A stretch of 37,195 nt of DNA from Chrysochromulina tobinii (lineage: Eukaryota), in assembly GCA_001275005.1 (NCBI GenBank), contig JWZX01003113.1:1-37195 (forward strand), written 5' to 3'. The position numbers and the translations under genes were made by a program. The notes under the pieces are model-generated. The model did not search any database and was not told the origin of the DNA. It saw only the letters and a list, made by a program, of their open reading frames with translations. How positions within the stretch are numbered: position 1 is the first letter of the stretch; each line of letters starts with the position of its first letter. Shown here one piece after another: positions 10,034 through 18,800 of this stretch.

Positions 10034-11713
10034 CTAGTGCTTCTTCCCGATCGGGAACTTGGGCGGCGGCTTGGCGTACGGCATATAGTCCTCATTCTTC
10101 AAAAACGCCGTGAGGAAGGCAAGCGAGGCAGTCGGCTTGAACTCGGGCACCATGTGCCCCGCGCCTCGGATAGTCAGGAAGTCAAAGTTGTTTTCGTAGC
10201 GCGTCACGTAGCCACCCATTTGCTGCTTCCCGTCCACTGTCCAGGGCCGCCAGGCCTGGGTCTCCTTGAACCCAAGCGCCACCGTCCAGTTCTGCGACAC
10301 GAAGCTATTGATGCCTGGGTCTGCGGCGGTGAGACTCGAGCGCAAGCGCCGAGTGAGAGGTGCGGAGCGGCGACCGGGCGCGGGCCACACGCAAGAATCG
10401 AGCGCCGGCTGGAGGCAAAAGACGAGTGGCGTCGCGTCGTATCGGGCGCGTTCGAGCCTTGAACTCGTGCCGGTATCGCCGTTGTACACGACGACGCGCA
10501 TGCGCTTCTCGTTGACCACCTGCTGGTAGAACGGCATCAGGTTCTTCTCGGTCAGGCTGTAGTTGAACCCCACGCCATTGTCGGTCAGGAAGAAATACGC
10601 ATCGGGCGGCACGTTGAGAGCCTTCTTCACCGCGGAAGCGTTGAGCCGCGTGAGCATGGCATGCACGCCGCCGCACGGGTAGTCATTGAGTGCGCCGCCG
10701 AGGCCGCCGTCTTGGGGCGCGGTGCGAAGCGGAGGCACCGAGCTCCAGTACCGGCGCGAGCGCTGCGCTGCAAAGCCGGGCGCGGGGCTGATGTACGTGT
10801 CCGGGCTGCACTCGTCGTAGTACGCGTAGTCGAAGTAGCCGCCGATCGCGGTGTCCATGGACTTGACGAGGCTTTCACACTTTGGGTCGATGATGCCCGC
10901 CTTCAGCTGTTCGACGCCACACGTGTCCACGATCACATCATAGAGCTTGTCCGACACAGCGCCGTGGCCGTGGAAAAACTGCATGTGGAACCACGGCCCG
11001 TTATGGCCGGGCGCGTTGCCGCAGAGCACATCGGTCCCGGTGCACCCATCACCGATGAGCATGCCCCTGAGGTGCGCGGCGGTGGGCGAGGAGGTATCCT
11101 GCAGGATCTCGCGCGCGAGCATCGGGATGTAGACGCCAGCATACGACTCACCGGAGAGGTATAGGTCGTGCTGCGCGTACTCGGGGAAGGCCTTCATAAA
11201 GTTCTCGACGAACGTGTGCACCGAGCGCGCCGTGCGGAAGTCGTCCCAATCACCGCACGAATAGCCGTCGCCGCCTGGATTATTGTTGCAGTAAGAGTAG
11301 CCGACAGGGGGCGGCGCGTCGTAGATCAGAAGGCTCGCCACTTTTGTCCACGCTTGCGGGTTCTGGAATAGCGTAGGAATGCCAGTCGTGTTGTACTCCT
11401 TGGTTTGCATCGAGGCGTCGTAGAGCAGCAGCGGGCCGAGCTCGGTGAAGGCGCCAAATTCAGAGCCCGCTCCAGGCCCGCCATTCGACCAGATGAGCAG
11501 CGGATCCTTCGCAGGGTCGCCCTCGCTCTCCCAAAATGTGTAGTGCATGTGAAGCTTGTACACCGTCTCACCTTGCGGCGTCGCGTCGAGGTAGCCCGAG
11601 AACATGCGCGACGGGAGCTTACCACTCCAGCCCGGGAGGACCATGACCTCGTCCGTGGCCACGTAGGCAGAGGCAGTGCCGGCGAGCGTGACAAGAATGT
11701 ACCCCCTCCACAT
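10034..11713 (-). CDS. Serine carboxypeptidase, peptidase family S10 (cathepsin A-like), secreted; one intron
   Basis: Signal peptide; FSGYL; DPLLIWSNGGPG; GESYAG (catalytic Ser); YNGDT|D (catalytic Asp after splicing); GAGHMVP (catalytic His). Confidence 0.95.
   Translation of the reverse strand: MWRGYILVTLAGTASAYVATDEVMVLPGWSGKLPSRMFSGYLDATPQGETVYKLHMHYTFWESEGDPAKDPLLIWSNGGPGAGSEFGAFTELGPLLLYDASMQTKEYNTTGIPTLFQNPQAWTKVASLLIYDAPPPVGYSYCNNNPGGDGYSCGDWDDFRTARSVHTFVENFMKAFPEYAQHDLYLSGESYAGVYIPMLAREILQDTSSPTAAHLRGMLIGDGCTGTDVLCGNAPGHNGPWFHMQFFHGHGAVSDKLYDVIVDTCGVEQLKAGIIDPKCESLVKSMDTAIGGYFDYAYYDECSPDTYISPAPGFAAQRSRRYWSSVPPLRTAPQDGGLGGALNDYPCGGVHAMLTRLNASAVKKALNVPPDAYFFLTDNGVGFNYSLTEKNLMPFYQQVVNEKRMRVVVYNGDTGTSSRLERARYDATPLVFCLQPALDSCVWPAPGRRSAPLTRRLRSSLTAADPGINSFVSQNWTVALGFKETQAWRPWTVDGKQQMGGYVTRYENNFDFLTIRGAGHMVPEFKPTASLAFLTAFLKNEDYMPYAKPPPKFPIGKKH
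10321..10470 (-). other. Predicted 150-nt in-frame GC-AG intron
   Basis: ACCG|GCACGAG...CTCACCGCCGCAG|ACCCA. Removal restores the conserved YNGDTD motif. Confidence 0.85.
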
Positions 11714-12278
11714 AAGGCCTGGCAGCGCCTATAATGCACCCAACCACATGAGTTGTTTCGTCAGAAAAGTTCCGCCTCTTGTCTCGCGCTTTCGTTCACG
11801 TTCACGTTAAATTGCAATCGCGAAAAGCAAGCATGCTTGCGTCAGGCAAGACGGTCCCGTGGAGACACACCGAGGAGGGCGCAGACTTCACACGACAGAC
11901 TTCAGACGGGTGTCGGTGTCGTGATTGGTGCAGAGGGGGATTGCGCGATTGGTGATTTCCCTTGGTGATTTCTGTTTCTGAACACGTTCCACAGTTTGAC
12001 TGAGTCGATGGACTCTCGAACGGTCATCGCGTCCGCTTGCGAGAGTGAGCTCACTCACTCACTCCGCTTGCGCGCTGCTAAAGATGCGTGTGAGGAAGTA
12101 AGGACGCGCGCGCATGCGGCTGCCGTTCTCTCTTAAATAGCTACCGCCCGCCCCCCGCCAATTCATGCCAAATGCCGCCCCGGTCCGCAAGGATGCGCCG
12201 GAAGAGAGATCTAAGCCGCTGTTCGTTCGTTATCTTCACAGCTAAATCATAGACACACGGATCTTCACACAAAAATGT

Positions 12279-14699
12279 ATGAAGGCCTCTTTTGCGGCGG
12301 CACCTGGAGCGGCGACAGCTGCAACGTTGGCGTCAGATGCTGCTCCCGTGACATCCGTATGGCGCTGCGACATCTGCGAAGTCACCATCACCACGAGAGG
12401 CGACGGCCGTGCAGAGGCCTGTCATCTCGCTGGCAAGCCGCACCTGAAGAAGTTGCGAGCGCTCGGGCTCGCACCCAAGGCCGAGCCTCGTCAGCCCGCC
12501 GAGCAAACCTCCTCCGCCTCCGTGGACCCGTCGCTGCGCTGTGCGGATGCATCGACGAACAGCAAGTCGGTGCTCAACGAGCTGTGCCAGCAGCGCCAGT
12601 GGAAGCTGCGCTATGAGGTCGAATCGCAGCAAGGTCCGAACCACGCGCCTGAGTACACCATCCGGGTGGTCATCGAGCGCACTGGCCAGCCCGCCGAGCA
12701 CTTTGTGGGCACGGGCGCACCGAACAAGCGCATCGCCGAGGCGACGGCGGCTACGGAGGCTCTCCGGAGGCTGCTGCACGAGGGCATTTCTTACGAGCCG
12801 GAGAAGAACACCGGCAAGGGCGGCTCCGGGCACGCGAGCCGCGGCCACCTCCGCTGGAGCCTGGGGTGCGCGCAGCACCCGGACGACGTCTTCCGCGTGA
12901 TCAGCGCTGAGTTGCCAAGGGGCACTCTGCAGCCCGAGCACTACGCGTGCGCTTGGAATCGGCTGGCGAAGTTGTCTCGCGAGGCAGGCCGGCCGCTGCC
13001 CGCGAGCGACAACCGCGTGGCCTGCCTACTCCACGCCACGGTGCAACGGCTCACCGCTGCCGACGCGGCCGGCCTGCCCTCTGGCTCCTCGGTGCCAGTA
13101 CCGGTAGCGCTCCTCCCGTGGGGTGCCCGAGAGGTCGCGAACGTGGCGCACGGCGTGACCGTCGCCCTCGGCCTTCCACACGGCGGCGAGCGTGACGCGT
13201 CGGCGAGCTTCGGGCGCGCGGCCACGGCGCTCTTCGACACTTGTGTGCTGCGTGCGCTCGAGCTCATGCACACGATCAAGCCGCAGGAGCTGTCCAACTT
13301 CGCGTGGGCGCTCGGCAAGGCTGCCCACCACGCGCCTGCCTTTCTCGACGCCGCCGCGCGGATTGCGACTAGTTGGCTCGAGGCTGACTTCGCGGAGGCC
13401 GCGGCCAAGGCGGCCACCGAGGCGGTCACCGAGGCGGTCACCGAAGCAGCCGCGGTGCGGGAGCCGGTGCGAGCGGCGGCTGATGAGGCGCAATCGAAGC
13501 GGCGCAAGCTCGACATGCCAATGGCATCCGCCGCGCCCATCGCATCCGCCGCGCACGCAGCAACGCCGCCCTCAGCTGCGCCTACGACTCTGCCCGTTGT
13601 AGGCGGTCCCCGCATGGGCTGGCACGGCGCGCCCATCGTCGGTGGGCCCGGCGCGGCAGCGGCCGCCTCGGCTGCAGCCGAGGTGCTCGGGACGGCGCTG
13701 GGGCGCGGGCCAGGCGCTGCGACCAGCGCCGTCCCGAGCAGCGCCGTCGTGAGCACGAGTCAGAATCGGCCGCACAAGGAGGGGCACGAGGAGGGCCATG
13801 CAGCTCGGTACGAGCCGCGCGGTGTGCATGGCCACGCGCCTGTCGCCGCCACCGCCGCCGCCGCCACCACCGCCGCCACCACCGCCGCCGCCGCCGCCAG
13901 CGCCGCCGGCGAGGAGGAGGACCGCGAGGACCGCGAGGACGAGGAGGAGGACCGTTTGGGCGCGACTTTCCTGCCGCAGGAGCTCTCGAACTTGCTCTAC
14001 TCGTACGGGCGCGCCGCGCACGCGGCACCCTCGCTCTTTGCCGCCGCCGCCGCGCCCGTGTCGAGCGCGTGGCTCGCGGGGGAGCGCACTCTCGACGGCT
14101 GGTCCGTGCAGGACGTGGCCAACACCCTATGGGCGTGCGCCGCCGCAGACGCACGCCACGAGCACCTGGTGGCGGCGCTCGAGACGGCACTATGCACGCG
14201 GGGCTTCGCGCTGCAGCAGGCCCACTACACGCAGATCCAGCAATATCTCATTTGGTGGGAGATCGAGCTCGGTCGGCGCGCGCCTCTTGTGACGCCTGCT
14301 CTGCGCGAGCAATGCCGGCGTTGCCTCGCGGCGGGCGATGTCAAGAGCGGGCACAGGGTCTCGGCGCTCCAGCTCGCGGTCGGGCGCTGCCTCGAGCGGC
14401 TCGGCCTGATCTCCCAATCCGAGCTCACGACCGACGAAGGCTATTCGATCGACCTGGCGGTGCTCCGCGAGCGTGTGGCCATCGAGGTCGACGGCCCTTC
14501 GCACTTCACGCAGGTGGGCACGCCCAGTGGCGCCACCTTGCTGAAGCGGCGACAACTGCGCGCGACCGGCTGGAATGTCGTTGCCATCCCGTACTTTGAG
14601 TGGTACAGGCTCGACCGCAATGTGCAGCGCGAGGATGAGTATCTATGCCGCCTTCTCCAGCCCTACGCGTCGCGCCGCACCGAGGCAATTGGGCGCTGA
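12279..14699 (+). CDS. RNA-binding protein: U1/matrin-type C2H2 zinc finger + dsRNA-binding domain + OPR/HPR-like helical repeats + C-terminal RAP domain
   Basis: Zinc finger WRCDICEV...HLAGKPH. dsRBD SKSVLNELCQ...GPNHAPEY...GTGAPNKRIAEATAATEAL. Repeats REVANVAHG, PQELSNFAWALGK, PQELSNLLYSYGR, VQDVANTLWACA. RAP domain GYSIDLA...AIEVDGPSHF...TLLKRRQLRATGWNVVAIPYFEW. Confidence 0.85.
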   Translation: MKASFAAAPGAATAATLASDAAPVTSVWRCDICEVTITTRGDGRAEACHLAGKPHLKKLRALGLAPKAEPRQPAEQTSSASVDPSLRCADASTNSKSVLNELCQQRQWKLRYEVESQQGPNHAPEYTIRVVIERTGQPAEHFVGTGAPNKRIAEATAATEALRRLLHEGISYEPEKNTGKGGSGHASRGHLRWSLGCAQHPDDVFRVISAELPRGTLQPEHYACAWNRLAKLSREAGRPLPASDNRVACLLHATVQRLTAADAAGLPSGSSVPVPVALLPWGAREVANVAHGVTVALGLPHGGERDASASFGRAATALFDTCVLRALELMHTIKPQELSNFAWALGKAAHHAPAFLDAAARIATSWLEADFAEAAAKAATEAVTEAVTEAAAVREPVRAAADEAQSKRRKLDMPMASAAPIASAAHAATPPSAAPTTLPVVGGPRMGWHGAPIVGGPGAAAAASAAAEVLGTALGRGPGAATSAVPSSAVVSTSQNRPHKEGHEEGHAARYEPRGVHGHAPVAATAAAATTAATTAAAAASAAGEEEDREDREDEEEDRLGATFLPQELSNLLYSYGRAAHAAPSLFAAAAAPVSSAWLAGERTLDGWSVQDVANTLWACAAADARHEHLVAALETALCTRGFALQQAHYTQIQQYLIWWEIELGRRAPLVTPALREQCRRCLAAGDVKSGHRVSALQLAVGRCLERLGLISQSELTTDEGYSIDLAVLRERVAIEVDGPSHFTQVGTPSGATLLKRRQLRATGWNVVAIPYFEWYRLDRNVQREDEYLCRLLQPYASRRTEAIGR

Positions 14700-14906
14700 G
14701 TTTGATCTAGGCACCCCTCTGGATACCCGTTTTCCACACTCCCAACTCCAGGTGTGAACCCATAGGCTCGTTCGTCCGGATCGTTATGCGTGCGGGCGCC
14801 ACCCAGATCGGCGCAGGGAGGGTACCCGCGCGCCGTCACTGGTGAGGCGACGTACTTGATCTGAGTTGTGTCGCGGCATACATGTGTCTTTCCCGTTACT
14901 TTCCCG

Positions 14907-15500
14907 TTATACATTTACGCTTGACGCCGCTGCTGCTGCCCTTAGCATCTCGACATCTTGGGGGGTTGGAGAGTCGCGCAGAACCTCAAGGCGATCCTCG
15001 TCCACAAAGTCGACCCTGCCGCCTTCTACGTGCAGGATGATGAGAGCGAGCATGCACTCTGCGCGGCAGAGCCGTGCGAGCGGATCGGAGGCCGCGCCGA
15101 TGCCAAAGCTCGGCGCGGCCTTGAACTTATTGATCCAAGGCGTCAATGTTACAATGGATTCGAGCAGCGTGGTGAGCGCCTCTTTTGCCTTCTCGATGCG
15201 AAGCAGGCGCTGGGTGAAGAGTGCCTGCTCCTCGGTAGTCAACGAGTAGTCGGGATCGGCCGCCCGTGCCTCTATCGCGGTGGCTGCGACCTCAACTGCA
15301 GGCGCACTGCCAGCCAGAAGCGACTGAACGGCATTGATGATCATCGGCTCAATGGGTGGGCGCGTTGGCCGGAACGGATCGATGGCGGCACAGCGTAAGT
15401 AGCGCGTGGCTCTTGCTGGCTGTGCAGCATGGGTATGCTGATAGGCGCATGGGTGCGGCAATCGCAGCGCAAGCACGCAATACATGAAGGCGAGCCACAT
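14907..15500 (-). CDS. Hypothetical protein with signal peptide (possibly plastid-targeted)
   Basis: ATG at 15500 gives MWLAFMYCVLAL followed by a transit-like segment, then a globular-looking C-terminal region (LCRAECMLAL...VDFVDEDRLEVL). Start codon uncertain. Confidence 0.6.
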   Translation of the reverse strand: MWLAFMYCVLALRLPHPCAYQHTHAAQPARATRYLRCAAIDPFRPTRPPIEPMIINAVQSLLAGSAPAVEVAATAIEARAADPDYSLTTEEQALFTQRLLRIEKAKEALTTLLESIVTLTPWINKFKAAPSFGIGAASDPLARLCRAECMLALIILHVEGGRVDFVDEDRLEVLRDSPTPQDVEMLRAAAAASSVNV

Positions 15501-15866
15501 CTGGATGTGCTCGAAACGACGCTTAGAACTTGGAGAGGCGCCTCGTGAAGGGACGTCCCCGAACAGCGGCGCGGGGACTGGGCCGGCGCGTCGGAAAAGC
15601 GAAAACATAACGACCGGGAACTGAATCACGCATGTACATCTCACACATGATTGTCGACATGTCTCATGTGTGTGACTGTGCTCTAAGCACGGCGTTATTA
15701 ATGCAGTATGGCAAGCATGGACCAGGGTCGGTGAAGTCGTGAAGTCCTGCGGCGCTGCCGCTGGGTCCGCGAGTCCGATACACGAGTAAGGCAGTAAAAT
15801 GAATTCAAAAAATTTCAAATCTATTGAAGAAAGGCGTGAGGAGAGCCACTGTGTTTCGCCGGCGCC

Positions 15867-18800
15867 TCACGAGATGACGCAGGCCTTGCTGCCGTCCGCG
15901 CGAGGCGCGCCACCCGCCGCCTTCCTCTGCAGCATCTCGTGCCTCAACCTTTGGATCTGCTTCTGGGCTTTGGACACGGAGGAGGCACCCTCGAGGTACG
16001 CGATGCGCTCCTTTGCAGCCTTGAGCTCGAGCTTGAGCTGATTGACCATCTTCTGTAAGGACTCCTTGTCGGCGCCCATCATCTCGAGCCCGCCCAGGAC
16101 CTCGCTCGGCAGCGTCCAGAGCGCGAGCGACGGCGCCAGGTCGAATCCGAGCGGCTCGGCCTTGAGCGCGAGGTCCTCGTACTGACGGTTACACTCGTCG
16201 ACCAAGAGCTTCTTGAGCTGTTCCACCTCGCTCTCATGATTCTTGATGATCGACTTGGTGTCGCCGCCGGACTCCTCGCGCAGATTCATCATCGCGAGGT
16301 TGACGGCCGCGTCACTCACCTCAAACTGCCCCATGTACACCTCCTGCAGCACCGAGGTCGCGCGATCGCGCGCCGCCTTCTCCTTCTCCGAGTACGAGCC
16401 GAAGCCCAAAATGTTCGTGCCCTTGGGCTCCAGCCGGAGGGTGAGAGTCTTGAGCAGCTGCAGCCCCTCCTCCAGCCCGAGACGCTCGATCTCCTGGATC
16501 TCGGCCTTGAGATCGACAAAGTACACCTGGCCTGCCTTCTCGGGCTCGTTCATGAGCGGCGGCAGCGCTGTCCATTCACACTCGACCTTCCACGGCTCCG
16601 CATCGCTCGCGCGCCCTTGCTTGGTGATCTTGAGCGGCGTCCACGGCGTGCCCGGCACTGCCTTGCCCTCGGCGTCGCGCCAGTTGCCCAACGAGACGCG
16701 CCCTACGTTGGCCACCTTGAAGTGCTTCTCGGTTTGCGCGATCGAAAAGTCGAGCACGTGGTGCGTCTCTTGCGAGATGGAGTGGCCCGCAGCAAGCGCG
16801 CCTGCGGGCAGCGTCTTCTTGTTCTTGTGCAGGTCCGGTGCAAAGGCGCACTGGTAGCCGCTCTCCGTCAGTCGCACATCGTGCGCGAGGAAGAACTCAA
16901 AGGTTTCGGGTGGGAGCTCCATCGAGATAGCCTCGGCCACGTCCGTCTCCTCGACGTCCTCGCTCTCGCCCCAGACCTCGAAGCAGATGGCGTCCTTGCA
17001 CAAATACGCGATGTGGAGCTCCTCAACCTTGGGCAGGGTGAACAGGTGCTTCTCGCTGAACTTGGGGTCGAACTTCTTACCCGAGCACGGCGGCGTGGTG
17101 CGCGTGCCCTCCTCAGCCTTGAACATGTACTCGACGCTCACGTTCTTGTTCGGGCAGTCCATCAGCCCCCGGCAGCTCTCGATTGTCATCTCAAAATCGA
17201 GCCGCTTGCCGAGCAAGCTGTTCGGATCGCTCGTCGGCGGCAGTGGGGACTTCATGTCCGGCTTCGTCGGCTTGAGGACCACTGACAGCTCCCCCTGCTT
17301 GACGCCCGCGTGGTTGTAGATGGGGACCCACTGTTTGCACGGGCAGCAGTAGGCCACCGGCGCGAGGTACAGGTACGCGAAACCGACGAGCTGCGGCTTG
17401 GGCGGCGACCAGAATGGATCCTCGGGGCTGTGGGTCGGGACCATCACGTGCTCAAGCATCCACTTCTGCCAAACGAGCCGCATGCGTCCGAGGCGGTCGA
17501 AGAAGGGCTCGGTGTCCCAATACCACTCGCGCTTCATGTCCGTACGCGGATTGTGCAGCGTCACCTTGATGAGGAGCTCGATCACCTTCTGAGTGAGCAG
17601 CTCCTCCACCGGCGAAAGCGGGTCTATCAGGTGCGATTGGGGTATGTGCGTCACGAGCTTCGCCTCATAACTCACGCACCTGCCAAGCTGCTTCGCCATC
17701 TGGTTGGCCTCCATCACCACTGGCATCACCTTCTTGAGCTGATCCTCGAGCGCGTACAGCTCGCGCTTGTACTCGTTCACGTGCGCCTTCGCCTTCGCGC
17801 TGAAGGATTCAATGGACGCCTTGCGCCGGTCCATCTGCTTGAGCTGCGATTGCTGCGAGGCGGAGCCTTTACCGCCCTTTGCGAGCTCTTGGCGTAACCG
17901 CTCGTTCTCGGCCGCAAACTTCTCCTCCATCGCCTTGAGCTGCGCATCGAGCTCCGCCTTCTTCTTGGCGACTTGCTCTTCCACCTTGAGGTCGACCGCC
18001 GTGCCGAGCGCTTGAGCGAGCTCCGTCTGCGCCAGATCCCAATCAATGATCTTGCTGGCCTTCTTGGCATTTGGGTCGAGCGGGTCGACGACGCGGAAGG
18101 CCTGCGAGTTGCCCAAGATCAGCCGATCGTCGTGCCTCAGCAGCGTCTCGTCGGCCTCGACCGGCTTGCCGTTGATGAACGAGATGCCAGCCCCCTTAAT
18201 GTAGCGTAACGGCGGCGAGAGCTCGCGGCCGAAGACGACCGTGCCGTGGCCACGCATCACGCCACCGCCGGAGATGGCAATCGACTGCGCCGGCTTGCCC
18301 TCGTCCTCGGGCGTGGTAATCATCGTCTGGCCCGGCTTGAGGTAGTAGACGAGCATCTCGGACATGGTTGGATCCTGGTTCAGATTGCGGAGCGACGGGG
18401 TCACCTTCATCTCCTTCTCGGTGATGCCCGTCAGGCCGAGAGATTGTAGCAGCATGGCACTCTCGGCCTCGCTCTGCGAGAGCTTTGAGTCGAACGATTG
18501 CGTCAACTCGCTCATTCGCTCTTGATTCTTCATCAGTGCCTGCGCGATCTGCATCTTCGCGCGCATCTCGGCGCTGCCCATGCTCCGAGCTCGTACCGTG
18601 AAACCGACGCCGCGCTTGGCCGCCGCCATCTGTGCCAGCCGCTCCTTCTGGTCGCCTCCCATGGCGCCCATAGCCCTCTCCATCGTCGCTTGCATCCCAC
18701 TCTCGTCGATGATACCCTCCTCGCGGTCACGCAGCAGCTGATCGAACTTCACCTCCGCGGCCACCTGCCCTTTGCGCAGGGCGTCAGTGTCGCCTCCCGC

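Noticed and set aside
13840..13950. GCC/ACC and GAG runs in the RAP gene as an intron or element
   Set aside because: In-frame low-complexity Ala/Thr/Glu linker with no convincing splice signals.
14845..14870. CTCAGATCAAGT (minus strand) resembling U2 snRNA
   Set aside because: Lacks the following GTAGTA branch-pairing sequence and an Sm site.
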